From assembly GCA_030324005.1 (NCBI GenBank), contig JARDVH010000137.1, forward strand, positions 27,723,501 to 27,787,500: a stretch of 64,000 nt of DNA, written 5' to 3'. Under the pieces are notes generated by a model. That model saw nothing but the letters and a program-made list of their open reading frames with translations, was not told the origin of the DNA and ran no database searches. The stretch comes from Negaprion brevirostris. Taxonomy: Eukaryota. The position numbers and the translations under genes were made by a program. The number at the start of each line of letters is the position of its first letter. The stretch's first letter is position 1. This document shows, piece after piece, positions 49,891 to 63,050 of the stretch.

Positions 49891-50490
49891 ATTGGCATAC
49901 AAGTATTGCAAGTAATTAGTTATGTAGATTTCGAGGAGGAAAGAGTTTAAAAGTAGGGAAGTTAAGCTACTGTTGTCAACTGGGACCAGATCTACAGTGC
50001 TTTTGTACTGTTTCTTTCTTTTTATTTAAGGCAGAATACACTTACATTGGAGGTAGTTCAAGGCTCACTAGGTTAATGCCTGGAATGAAGGTATTGTCTT
50101 ATGAGAAAATGTTAAGCAGGTCGGACCTACAACATATTGGAATTCGGAAGAATGAGAGGTGGTCTTATTGACATATGCAAGGCTTGGCAGAATAGATTCT
50201 GGAAGGGTGTCTTGCCTTTTCAGGGAACCTAAAAGCGGGACATCATTTCAGAATACAGGATCAACCATTTAATTAGGGATGAAGCTAAATTTCCAGGAGG
50301 ATTATGAATCTTTGGAATTCTCTTCCCCAGGGAGCTGCACAGGCTGGGTCATTGAATGTACTTCCTGGTTGAGACTGGTTGATCCTTGAATGATAAGTGA
50401 ACAATGAAAAACTAGGAAAGTAGAGTTGATCAAATCAGCTACGAGCTTATTGAATGGTAGGACAGGGTCAAGGGGCAAAAGGTCTAGATT
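49890..50490 (+). mobile_element. Old CR1 LINE 3' part
   Basis: LMPGMKVLSYEKML, LEFGRMRGGLI, MNLWNSLPQG. Confidence 0.7.
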
Positions 50491-50499
50491 AGAATGGAA

Positions 50500-50722
50500 A
50501 TAGACCTACAGTGCAGAAAGAGGCCTTTGACCCATTGAGTCTGCACCAACTCTCTGAAAGAGCAACTTACTCAGGCCTATTCTTACCCCGCTATCCCCAT
50601 GACCCTGCGCATACTATGGCCAATCCACCTAACAAAAACATCTGGACTGAGAGGGGAAACTGGAGCGCCTGGAGGAAACCCACACAGACACGTAGAGAAT
50701 GTGCAAACTCCACACAGACAGT
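50500..50722 (-). mobile_element. HE1-type V-SINE, 5'-truncated
   Basis: V domain and tail. Confidence 0.82.
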
Positions 50723-50897
50723 CCCCTGCTCCTTTTTCTTATGCTGTTACTTTCTAATACATTTAAGGAACACAGGTTGGGCTGCACAAGACTCGGAGAT
50801 ATCATTCGGAGCTTGTGCACTGCATTTCCAACAGAAATGAGTGCAAAAACCTCCTATTTTCATTTCATGCGGATTTGAGCCTGCCTGCGGAAATCAG

Positions 50898-50974
50898 TCA
50901 TGATGTGGATGTGCCAGCGTTGGACTGGGGTAAACACAGTAAAAAGTAAAAACCTGGTGTTGTCAGACTTTTTA
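50898..50974. mobile_element. 77-bp Penelope pLTR insertion with inverted end
   Basis: TCATGATGTGGATGTGCCAGCGTTGGACTGGGGTAAACACAG (same end as 24180), internal inversion, and a 13-bp flanking direct repeat CTGCGGAAATCAG. Confidence 0.75.
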
Positions 50975-51419
50975 CTGCGGAAATCAGGTGCAGGCCTTTG
51001 CCCTGTCGAATGGGCAGTCATTCTAGTCACTTGAAGTCCATTTCGCAGTTCTGGTGGTTATATTTCGATCCCTTCATCTTTAAATTTGAACCAGTTACTT
51101 GTCAACATAATATTCCACTGGGAATTTACTTATTTTTAAGTATCTCCTAAAGAGCAATTGAAATGAAATTAGATTTGATGCAGCAGGTGCAAGCACTAAC
51201 CAAATAACAGGAAGGATGATCCTGTTCCCCAAATTACTTGGCAGGATTAGATAATCTTATCCAGAATAACGAGAATCGTGTTTATCCTTACTGTGCCAGA
51301 ATAAATTATGCATATTCTGAAAGAGCCTCCAATTCATGTGGGCCAAGGACAGTCTCAGCATTGTGAATCACATTTGAAGATTAGCTGTTTCGATGTTCCC
51401 AATATTAAATCTGCCTTAT

Positions 51420-51760
51420 GAGCTTGTTAAATGAGGAACGGATAAGGACTCTGGGTCTGTACTTGTTGGAGTTTAGAAGGATTGGGTGGGGGGGAATCTT
51501 CCTGACACTTATAGGATACTGCGACACCTGGACAGAGTGCATATGGAGAGGATGTTTCCACTATGGGAAAAACTAGAACCAAAGGATACAACCTCAGGCT
51601 AAAGGAACAATCCTTTAAAACAGGGATTAGGAGGAATTTCTTTAGCCAGAGAGTGGTGAATCTGTGGAACTCTTTGCCACAGAAAGCTGTGGAGGCCAGC
51701 TCATTGAGTGTCTTTAAGACAGAGATGGATAGGTTCCTGATTAATAAAGGGGATCAGGGN
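51420..51760 (+). mobile_element. CR1 LINE 3' end
   Basis: GKTRTKGYNLRLK...RRNFFSQRVVNLWNSLPQKAVEA. Confidence 0.88.
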
Positions 51761-52229
51761 NNNNNNNNNNNNNNNNNNNNNNNNNNNNNNNNNNNNNNNN
51801 NNNNNNNNNNNNNNNNNNNNNNNNNNNNNNNNNNNNNNNNNNNNNNNNNNNNNNNNNNNNNNNNNNNNNNNNNNNNNNNNNNNNNNNNNNNNNNNNNNNN
51901 NNNNNNNNNNNNNNNNNNNNNNNNNNNNNNNNNNNNNNNNNNNNNNNNNNNNNNNNNNNNNNNNNNNNNNNNNNNNNNNNNNNNNNNNNNNNNTTTAAGC
52001 CACAGTCCCTTAAAATTAAAAATATGTCCCATTCCCAGGAGCCAAACTTTTGAATAGAAAAAACTCACTGATTTAAAAAAATAATAACAGTGCACATTTT
52101 AAATATTTTTGCACACATCAAGTCTTTAAATATATGATGGGAGAATTTGAAAATCCATTTCTAAATGTTGGGCTTTGAAACAAAAGGACACAAAATTTAA
52201 TTGTGAATCATTACAGCAATTACCAATAT

Positions 52230-52410
52230 AAATACAGAAAATACTGGAAACACTCAGCAAGTTTGGCAGCATCTGTGGATAGAGTAACAGATTTCATGTT
52301 TAAAGTCCATATGACCTTGGGTCAGATGCAGCCAGAGCTATTGAGTTTATCTAGCATTTTGTGTTTTGATTTCAGATTTCCAGCTTCCATGGTATTTTGC
52401 TTTTACTAAC
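52230..52410. mobile_element. Penelope pLTR-derived element with inverted ends
   Basis: 52230-52275 is an imperfect reverse complement of 52323-52367. Confidence 0.6.
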
Positions 52411-52499
52411 ATAATTACTCCATTGTGTGTTATAACACAGGAATACATTAGAATAGACGACATTTAAGTACTCTTAAGAGAAATTTGTGGATTATTTGG

Positions 52500-52825
52500 G
52501 GTAAGAGAGGTGGGGATATGGGATGAATGGGGTGGTTAGGGTAGATATATTATATGGGGGATAGTGAGTGGGGGATATGGAGTAGTGGGGTGAGGTAAGG
52601 GAATAGGGGATATGGTAGTAGGGACTAAGGGGTAGTGGGTAAGAGAAGTGGGGGATATAGGATCAGATGGGAGAACAGAGGATAGTGGATATGGTGTATT
52701 AGGGTGGAGGGGCAGGAGAATAGGAGGAATGGGTGGGGATAGTGAGTAAAGGGGGTAGGAGGTATGGGGTTTGGGTTAGGAATGGCAAGGGGATATAGGT
52801 AGTGGTATATGGGGGATGGGTGTGT

Positions 52826-52889
<64 letters not shown>
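52500..52889. repeat. G-rich degenerate minisatellite followed by (TG)n
   Basis: Recurrent GGGGATA(T/G) units at 52500-52820, then a (TG)n run up to the gap. Confidence 0.85.
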
Positions 52890-53189
52890 NNNNNNNNNNN
52901 NNNNNNNNNNNNNNNNNNNNNNNNNNNNNNNNNNNNNNNNNNNNNNNNNNNNNNNNNNNNNNNNNNNNNNNNNNNNNNNNNNNNNNNNNNNNNNNNNNNN
53001 NNNNNNNNNNNNNNNNNNNNNCTTACCTGTGACCAACAGGTTGTGAATTCAAAGTGATTTGCCAAGTGCCACACATTACACACCTCATGTCATGTTTAAA
53101 GGAAAGGAAAATGAAAGTCATAAACATGTAACAAAATAGACTTATAAGATGAACAGCACAAGGATATTTTCACTCCATGACCATGCAAC

Positions 53190-53470
53190 ACAATAGGATT
53201 CGGGATACACCATTTAGAATGGAGGTGAGGAATCATTGCTTCACCCAAAGAGGGAATTCATTACCACTGGAAGTAATTGATGCCAAAACATTGAATGTAT
53301 TCAAGAGGTGGCAAGATAACGGCACTTGGGGCAACAGGGATCAAAGGTTATGGGGAGAAAGCAGGATTAAGCTATTGAGTTGGACGATCAGCTCTGATCG
53401 TAATGAACAGCAGAGCAGACTCGAAAGGTCAAATGGCTTCCTCTTGATCCCATCTTCAATGTTTCTATGT
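53190..53470 (+). mobile_element. CR1 LINE 3' end
   Basis: PFRMEVRNHCFTQR.NSLP..VIDAKTLNVFK plus a 3' UTR. Confidence 0.8.
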
Positions 53471-53966
53471 TAATAGTTAAGAAGGAAACAGAAAAGACTT
53501 CAGGAGTCGTCTTGCAAGGTATACTATTTGCTTTCTAGTTATGTAAAACTGAAGCCTGACCTTTACTGATTTATCTGCTGAATGCTTGTTAAAGTGTATC
53601 CCCACTGGAGAATATTAAATTGCAAACAATGCCACGTTTTCAGCATGACATTTCTTGGGCAGTTAAAGACCTAAGAGGGAAAGTATTTGTCCTGCAGATA
53701 CTCAGTTTGTTGTTCATTTCTCAATGGCTCTACAGTTTNNNNNNNNNNGTTTAAAAAATGACAATTGAAGAAAGTGAATGAACTAAATAATTAAAGGATA
53801 GTTAGCGGATTAGCTAACACCCTGGGAGAAAGCATCACTTCTGTAACGGCCTTGTGGGTTCCATCAATTACATATCATGTACATCTTTAAATCTGCACAA
53901 ATGGATTGTGTGTGGAATCAGACAAGAGTACAATCCCACAAGTATCCAAAATTATGAAAATTATAA

Positions 53967-54266
53967 GCGGCACAGTGGTTAGCACTGCTGCCTCGCAGCA
54001 CCAGGGACCCAGATTCAATTCCGGCCTTGGGTCACTGTCTGTTTGGAGTCTGCACGTTCTCCTCGTGTCTGCATAGGTTTCCTCTGAGTGCTCTGGTTTC
54101 CTCCCACACTCCAAAGATATCTGGGTTAGATGGATTGGCCATGCTAAACTGCCCCTTAGTATCAGGCAGATTGGTGGGGTAAATGGGTGGTATTGAGGTT
54201 TGTGCAGACTCGATGGGCCAAATAACTTGCTTCTGCACTGTGGGGTTCTATGATTCTAAGATTCTA
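53967..54266 (+). mobile_element. HE1-type V-SINE
   Basis: GCGGCACAGTGGTTAGCACTGCTGCC head, V domain, tail ending ATTCTA repeats. Confidence 0.9.
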
Positions 54267-55109
54267 AACAGGAAAAGTAATCCGATAGAAAAAATCCCAA
54301 TAATTGAAAGAATGGTCATTTTCTTTTTTGAAGTTAGGCTGAAGCCTCATGATTGATTGGAATTTTAAGACCGTGCCAAGGATTTGTAGTCCATAAATGT
54401 GCCTTGTATTAATTCATACATAATCAGTCAATATAAAATCAACAAATAAAGATCATTGCATGTAATGTGTCAAATCCAACTACTGTATAATTTTCGTTAG
54501 AGCTGAATTTTCTCCATAATGTTCACTGAGACAGCTACAGTGGGTGTCATATTGGCAGTGTAATAATGAAGAAAAATTGCAATTTCTTGTATAAAGGGCA
54601 AGAGAACTGTTTCCACCCCTTTTAATAAATTTGTTTTTGATAAATGTCAGCGTCCATGTGCTTGCTTTTAACATCTTGCTTATCCAGATTTAGAGAACAT
54701 ATATCGTACCAAGAAAATGACATTGTCTCATCACAAAAGGAAATAAAAAGAAGTAATTTTAATCCATCAACTCTTGAAGAGTTATTTCCAATTAATCATG
54801 TTCGTGCACGTGCCAAATAGAAGAGAAAGCGCAGTATTTTTTTCAGCTTATGTTCCCTTTAATGGATTGAATCCCATTGGAAATAACATCGCTGAACTGG
54901 GATTTCAACTTAAGTATAGAAACACTGAACATTAAATGCTCTGATGGTCAGTAACAGGAGGTAAACTGTGGGACTGTAGGTGAATGGGGAATTCTGATTT
55001 GGGGTTATGTTAGCTGCTACTGCAGTCAAATAAGTCGGTCATGGATAAAGGAACAAGGAGAGGAATGCGCTGGTTGTCTTCGCTCTTCCTCCTTCTGTTC
55101 AATTGTTCA

Positions 55110-55400
55110 CCATGTACCTGGTAGCAAAGGCTGTGCCCTCGTCGATGAGATTGTGAAGCATGTAGCAAACGTTGATGAATCTTGACATGGGCTTTGCAGA
55201 GTACATGGCTCCTCCAGAGCAGTGTAACTGTTTTTTTCACACATCCCAATAGTCTGCTCTACACATTCATGACTCTGTTGTGCACATGCTGTTATGTGCA
55301 TGCTGCCCACGTACTGTGTAGATTGTGCATAAGAGTCATGAGACGTGTGGTCAGTGTAACCCAGGTTAACTGACAAACACTGCTACAAAAACAAGAGTCA
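55110..55400 (-). pseudogene. Very old Harbinger transposase C-terminal remnant
   Basis: HDSY...CVEQTIG...TLQSP..SSTFATCF parallels HDSYIL...IIEQTSG...GTLQ..IIVVCC of the 18450 fossil. Confidence 0.5.
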
Positions 55401-55614
55401 ATAGAAATAAAACAACAATTACCCTGAAAGTAGTTGATGATTGCTTTAAATGTTGACAACCTTTTACCCAGAAGAAAAATTTGTCATTTTGTTAAAATGT
55501 TGTGGAAATATAGCTGTTTTCAAGAATATTTGAAAGGGACAAGAGTTTGTGTCAATTGCATAGGCATCAATTGTAATTTTTTTGGACAAAAAGAAATACT
55601 GGCCCCTGTGACCT

Positions 55615-56437
55615 TGTGATTCTTGACCTGGAAATAACACAACCAGGAATGAAGTCAACATGCAGAAGCATTTTGGGCAGAGACAAAGGAGAGTTACAAA
55701 CAAAGGAGTTGACACTGAGGGTGATCAGCATGCAGATGCAGGCACAAAGGAAAAGCAAACAGTGACAAAAAGAGGAATACAGAATTGTTGTGAAGGGAAG
55801 AAGCAAATTGCTCTCAGGAAGAGGTTTTTTTTTTGTGTGGCAGAAAAGAAGACAGGAGTTCTTGACAGCGCTGTGTGAGCTGACTGAAAATGTCTAAAAG
55901 CTGGAAAGTCGTGCGAATAGCTTGGAAATGCTAAAGGGCAGGGCTGAACTGGAGTGTTATTGGTTGGTCGGTTGGAAACGAACTCTGGAAAGTAGCATAA
56001 TCAGGGCTGTTGTGATCCAAGGGAGAGGGAATTCATAGAAATGTGCCTTGCTGATGATAATCATACTTGTTAAAATCAAAGCTTAAAAACTATTGTTGAA
56101 TAGGAATCTTGACCTATCCTGTGTGAATAAAGAATAGAATATTATAGAATTATGGAGCTACAAAGCATCACATTCACATGGGGAGTGATGTGAATTCTTG
56201 TGGTTGCATAAGAATTATCTTTGTTGTATTGACTGTTTAAAGTGAAATTTGCTTTTTTATTTGAAGTATCATTTCAAGTATGATTCGCAATCAAATTTGC
56301 TTAATGCATAATTCAATATGGTTCAGATTTATGATAAAATAAGAGCTACAGAAAATGGAATGTTGTTGGTAATTTCTTCACTGGGGGTTCATTCAGCAAA
56401 TTTGACGAATTATTGTTTCACCATGAGGATTGTAACC
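55615..56437 (+). mobile_element. Possible solo LTR
   Basis: Starts TGTGAT and ends GGATTGTAAC, about 820 bp, with LTR-like composition; no TSD found. Confidence 0.4.
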
Positions 56438-56559
56438 AATGGAATTGGAAGAGGTTCCTTGTTGTTGAATGTTTACTTGGCACTGCGAGGTTAAGTGTGG
56501 ATATTAGTTTGAGCTTTGAATTCCAAAGTAGCAATGCTGGCATCTGTTCAGTGTTAAGA

Positions 56560-59410
56560 GTTGACTGATGTTGCAGTTTGCCTATTGTGTATATTTATGG
56601 TGCATGCTTCCCGCATCCATGCTAACATTCTGAAAAGAACTGCTCAGTGTCACTCAGACGAGAAGTATTGGTACAGACCATCAGGCTTGGGAAAAGGTCA
56701 TTGAGAAAAACCAAGCTTGAAGTTGTGACAGCAGTGGTCTTCTCTTGATGTGTGCTGATCGTGAGGTCTTAATTACCAAAACTGTTTTCCACCTTGCAAC
56801 AAGATGTCCTGGGTGTCCCCCCATTCTATGCATTGGCATTTAATCGACAATGTCATCACCAGACAGAAGGACAAACAGGATGTGCATGTAACTAAAGCCA
56901 TGTGCAATGCTGAGTGCTGGACTGATTGTGGTCTTAGCATTTCACAGGTAAATATCAAGGTCCATTCCCCGAAACATACTCACGGCATGAAGATCCAGAT
57001 GTTTCTCAATGCCTTAAGGCTCAAACAGGCTGTCAGGAAGGAATCCCCCTCAGAGAAACTGGAGAATCAGCTGCATACAATGAAAGCAGAAACGCTGCAT
57101 TGAAAATGACTGGACAACCTTCAGGAATATAGTGTTCTCCACAGCTCTACAGACCATTGGCCCCACATCTCATCAGCAGAAAGATTGGTTCAATGAAAAG
57201 AATGAGTAAATCCAGAAATCATTAAACCAGGAGATACGGAAGCAGAAGTAGGCCATTCAGTCCATCGAATCTGCTCCACTATTCAATGAGACCATGATTG
57301 ATATGATGTGTTAATCCTCAACTCCACTGTTCTACTTTTTCCCCATAACGCTTGATTCCCTTAATACCACAAACCCACTGGAGGAGAAACCTCACCTCAG
57401 CAGGGTTTATCTCAATTTCAAGTCATCACTATCCAAGCAGAATGCCTGTCCAATGCGAGCTCAGAGAGATGCTGAATTAGAAAAATAGACAAACTTTAAT
57501 CGTACGTTAACCACAAAGATGAGAGGAGTTTTTACAATGCTTTGAAATTTGTCTATGGGCTCCAATCTATTGGTTCAGCACCGATCTTCAGTACCCACAG
57601 GTCAACACCACACAGAAAAATTCCAAATTCTGGAAAGTATCACCAGGCTGCCATCAACTACTCTCCTGATGACTCTCACACACAGAGAAACATCAAATGC
57701 AATTAAACTCCTGGCTACTGATAAAGCTCCAGGAGCTGATGATATCTGATGTCCACAAAGCTGGCAGTCGATGCCTCGTCAGGAAGTTGACTGACAATTT
57801 TCGTGTGGTACCATCCCGGAAAGATACATTGTCTACCTGGAAAAAGCTGAAAGGAACTCACCAATCTTGAAACTATCATAGAGGAATCTCACTCTTCTCA
57901 ATCACCAGCAAAACCTTCATCAGAATCTTTCTGAACTGCTTACTGAAACACCTCAACCAGGAACTACTCCAAGAGAGTCAGTGCAGTTTCAGGAAAGGTG
58001 AAAGAATGACAGTGCTTGCAGTGATACAGCTCCAGGAAAAATGAACATGGACCAATATCACACATTCATTGACATGATCAAAGCCTTTGACCCAATCAGC
58101 TTTCAGGGCCTCTGGAAGGTAATGGAGAAATTCAGCTGCCCTGGGAAATTCATCCCAATGGTTTGACAGTTCCTTGACAGCATTCATATATATATCCTGG
58201 ATGACGGTGAGTCTTTGCGCTCAATCCCAGTCACTAATGGAGTTAAGCAGGGTTGTNNNGCGAGCGTCAACCCTCTTCCACATGACTTCCTCTGCCAAGT
58301 CCCCCAATGCCTTCTATGATGGTGATTCTAGCTTCAGTATCAGATCTTGTATTGATGGGAATCTGCTAAATCTGAGATGACCCCTGAAAAAAGATTAAGA
58401 TCTTCAAGGACAAACTTCCCATTTGCTGTTTGCCAATCACTATGCAATAGTTGCTGTTTCAGAGCTTAAGATGTAACGTAGCATGGACTGGAAACAACTT
58501 TGACCTTACAATCACCACAAAGAAAATTGAAGTAATTTACCAGATGGCTCAAAGAAAGCCCTTACTCCAGCCCAACTTGTCAGTCCATGACCAGAACCTG
58601 TCAACAGCCGATACGTTCACTTATCTTGGCAGCACTTTCTCTTGAGCTTCTACATTAAATGACAGAACCCGTGAAATAATTGCCAAAGCAAGCATAGCCT
58701 TCAGAAGATTTTGAATGTCAGCCTGGGAATGAAGAGGAGTGAGGCTGCCTATCAAACTGAAAGTCTGTAGAGCAATGCCCTGCCCACCCTGCTCTACACA
58801 TGCAAGACTTGGATTATGTACCAGCATAAAGCCAACTAATATCAACCACTTTCACTTGCACTCCCTTTAGAAATTTCTGAAGATCAGATGGCAGGACACA
58901 TTACCACACACTGAGGTACGCTTGTGAGCTGATATGTCAAGCATCCACACCATATTGAGACAGTCACAACGGAGGATGACCACTTACCAAAGCAAACCAT
59001 CTATTGAGAGCTTGAGTCTGGGTTGTACTCTCCTGGCCATCAAAGGAAGCAGTACAGGGAAACTGTGAAAGCTTCACTTAGGAGTTTCGATATTGACTTT
59101 GAATCCTGGGTGAAATTCTCCCAGGCACCTGGCACAACCAAATAAAAACCAGTATTGCCTCCTCCTAAGGCAAGCACATATCAGACACAGAATGAAAATG
59201 CAAGGAGAAAATATCCCAAGCCAGTAACCCATCCAAAACGCAATTCTCTGAAGCATCTGTTCCCATTTGCAGCAGAACCTTCCAGGCACAGATTATTTAC
59301 ATATCCAACAGAATCCCATCGAAACCCTCAGATGATGCATATGATCATCTTTGCCTTGAATAATGAACAAGACAGACCAGAGATGTCCGTGCATGTGCCT
59401 TGGGTGCCAT
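56560..59410 (+). mobile_element. Near full-length decayed RTE (BovB-like) LINE
   Basis: APE: HWHLIDNVITRQKDKQDVHVTKAMCNAECWTD. RT: KAPGADDI, RGISLFS, LPRESVQF(R), FIDMIKAFD, GVKQGC, LTITTKKIEVIYQ, FTYLGST, IAKASIAF. Nested CR1 tail at 57225-57365. Confidence 0.88.
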
Positions 59411-61659
59411 TTTGATACTGAAATTGACTTGTGTCGTACCAAAAATATCTCGGCTGCGCAACCTAATTTTGTCATCTGTGCCCAGAATGGGTATTTCCTG
59501 CCATCCCAGGAGGAAAAAAAATGCAGTTTGAATCAGTTTTTTTTATTTCCCAGTTTTTCCTGTGTTCCAATTTAAGGTATACTATTTGGACCAGTATTCT
59601 TATTTCCCTGTTTTTACTACTTTCTCCTTCTGGTTTCTAATTTAACATGGAATGATACAAAAGGAATGGTGCATCATATACTCGACCGAAATAAATATTT
59701 ACCATTAAAATTTATGGTGAATGGTCAAGACCTTTCTCTGCACAGATGCCACCAGATCTGCTGAGTATTTCCAGCATTTTCTGTTCCGATGTCAATACTT
59801 ACGACGAGTTTTTATATCCTACATGTTCTATAAATTAAAAGAAATTGTTTCTCATCAACTATCACATCCCTCAACAATTTCACCTCACAACTTCCACATT
59901 CAGCTTCTCCCCCTACTGTATTTTAACTTTAATCACCCTCTTGTTTTAAAACTTATTCTACCTCTCTTTAAGTTCAGTTAGGTTTCAGGTTGTATACAAT
60001 CTATGTTACAGTCAGTCAGCACTCAACCTCCCAGTATGATTTAAAACTGAGATCAGACAATAAGATCAGTTCTTAGGATCAGTAGCTTGTCCATGGCTTC
60101 TAAACACCAGTACAATATCCTGAAAGCTGAGAGACTGCTCAAAGTTGCTAAGTAGTGTGCCTTGGTGTCTGGGATCCAAGGGATGACAACATCATGATCG
60201 AAGCACGTCTGAAGTTCAGGGAACCATGCTGCTCATCAACATAATAACACAACTAGTGCATTGACATATTGAAGGAGAAAAGTCAGGATTTTGAGGGATT
60301 TCTTTTTCCTGAGGAATGTCTTATTAGCTGAGGGAAATCGTAATATATTGTCAGACGAGGAGAGCGACTACTTGCTATACACATGACACCAACTGAAATT
60401 TCATATTCTTTTAAGTTACCCTACAAGTAGTGCATTCTAACTACACCCAGTTCTAATAAGAACCTACTTTCACCTCTAATGTGCACCTGTTGGTAAGCCA
60501 TTAAGACAAGTAAATTAAAAATTTGTTCAAAAATCTTAATATTTGAATGAAAACAAATAAGTAGAAACAATGGTTCCTCCATGCAAAAGTCATGTAGTAA
60601 TTAGATTTGTTGGGATCACATTTGTCAGAATTGGGTAAGTTTGGTTTACATCTAATCTTTCTGTACTTATAAATCCCTTAAAATACCTTGTTTTTGTCAC
60701 TATCTTATACTCTACTGAACTATCAATATTGATTCAAGGATTGTTAATCCAAGCCATTGCCATCCTTCCATAATAAGATTTTATTTGCTTAACTGAAATA
60801 AAATGAAACAAAAGCATGAAATTTTAGTTTCATCTCGACCTGTCACAACATAATTCCTGCCTCCTGTCAATGTTCACCCCAGTACAAAGGGCAGCTCTGG
60901 GTTTTCTAACTAAAATCAATGGGTTAAATTCTCCCATCTGGAGACAAGTGTGGTGACAGGCACCTCTGATGGCACCATTCCTGTGCTAGTTTCAATGCTT
61001 GGAACCTCATTAATTATACACAAGCATGTTCCCCTCCGAGTTACCTGCTGGGTCGGCAGCTGATTCAACAGCTGACGGGTTTGATGGTTCCGGTGCCATA
61101 TTTAAAACACCAGTCCAGCACACTCGTGTCACCCTCTCCAGCCCACCTGTCTTCACCAGACTGTGAATGATGTCAGCAGCCCAGAGGGAAAAAGTCTAGC
61201 AGCATCAAGAAGAAGTCTGTTCCTTCATTCAACTACCCTTCTCCTGAGCCCACCACATGCAGCAAGGCACCCATGCCCCACTTGGGCACCTACCCATTGC
61301 AACTGGAGCGTTCATCTATCCCCTTCCAGCAATGTGTTATCCCTCTGACTCCCTTGTTTGTGAGTTTTTCATTCAGTATTCTTGTGGTCCAGCTTCCCTC
61401 TGCCTTCTATTGTTCTTCATCCTCATCCACCTAGCCTCTCTTCATACCAGGAGAGGAAGTAGTCCCTTGTACTCCTCAAACCCAGGTGCCGTACTGACCT
61501 GAGTCAGTGACACTGGGTCCAGTAGGATGGTGCTGTCCATGAAGATCAGCTTGGCATGGAGAAGGAAGCAGGGAATGGTCAACCCTGGCAGAGTGATATA
61601 CAGCACATCAGGAAAAGCACAGGCTATGGCAGAGAATTGTTGCGCTCACTACAAAGTTT

Positions 61660-61880
61660 TTTTAAAATTCATTCGTGGGACAAGGGCATCACTGGCTGGC
61701 CAGCATTTATTGCCCATCCTTCGCTGCCAGAGGGCAGGTGAGGGTCAACCATGTTGCTGTGGCTCTGGAGTCACATGTAGGCCAGGCCAGGTAAAGATGG
61801 CAGATTTCTTTCCCTAAAGAACATTAGTGAACCAGATGGGTTTTCCTGGCAATCAATAATGGCCATCATTAGATTCTTAA
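61660..61880 (-). mobile_element. tRNA-derived SINE (CR1/L2-tail family), 3' part
   Basis: GCATTTATTGCCCATCC...GGCAGATTTCTTTCCCTAAAG..ATTAGTGAACCAGATGGG. Confidence 0.85.
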
Positions 61881-62795
61881 TTCTAGATATTAAATCACTG
61901 GTGAACTGAAGACCGTCTTGTGCAGGCCACTCATTAGCAATTGGGTTTGATGCCAACGTAAATTCCCATTGGCGTGAAGCAACTTTGGAAAGCTCAACTT
62001 GATGCCGGCAGCCAGCTGTTTTAATGAGCATTCATGAGATGCAAATGAACGCAAATGACATTTGCATCATCAACCAGTGGGAAGACCAACCCATCATTAA
62101 CCTGCCATTGGGAGAAGTGCAACATGATTTTATATTGGTGGGTTTCTGACTTTTTTCTCTCATTAGATCACTGTGCCCATCCCTGCCACAGGCTGATTGT
62201 GAGAATTTCACCTAACGTATCTGTTCAATAAAACCACATAATAATTCAAGACAAAGAACTAATGAATTATATCTAACTGATAATGATTAATCAGTGCATT
62301 TTTATATTCCTCCAGTTCAAACAACACTTAACAGCCACATTCAAGAAGACATCATTAGCAATGATCTTTCCTACCATGTTATTTAGGATGTCTTTATGAG
62401 ATTTCAATTAAGTGCTGCCCATTGATGTAGCTAATGGACTACTTTTCCTCAAGCCAAGGCTTTCAGAATATATGTCTTTCTAAAACCTCTGAGACATTGC
62501 ATAAGGAGATCAAAATCAGGACAATTAGAATAACAGATTAGAACAAGCTGAGGCAACACCATCAAAAACTATGAGAAAGACAGCAGTTAGTTTTTCAGAC
62601 CACCCTGATCTTTAAAGAAATCACTTGATTAGTTCCTTAAAAATTTTAAGTGCCAGAAGTACATTCATAAATGTTGGGAAAAATGTAAGCTAAGAACTGC
62701 AACTCAAGGTGGTCCAAAATATTAGCAGATATAGAGTTTCTACTTTGCACATAATTGTCAGTCCCCAAAATTTTGCATACTTCATTGTACTACTG

Positions 62796-63050
62796 GGGGG
62801 ACACGGTGGCACAATGATTTGATTCCTGGTTTTGGTCACTGTGCAGAGTCCGCAAGTCCTCCCCGTGTTTGCGTGGATTTCCTCCTGGTGCTCCAGTTTC
62901 CTCCCACACTCCGAAAAACGTGCTGATTAGGTGCACTGGCCATGCTAAATTCTCTCGCAGTGTACCCAAACAGGCGCCGGAGTGTGGCGACTAGAGGATT
63001 TTCACAGTAACTTCATTGCAGTGTTTACATAAGCCTACTTGTGAGATGAA
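62796..63050 (+). mobile_element. V-SINE with Rex1-like tail
   Basis: Head CACGGTGGCACAAT, V domain, tail CAGGCGCCGGAGTGTGGCGACTAG..TTTTCACAGTAACTTCATTGCAG..CCTACTTGTGA. Confidence 0.87.
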
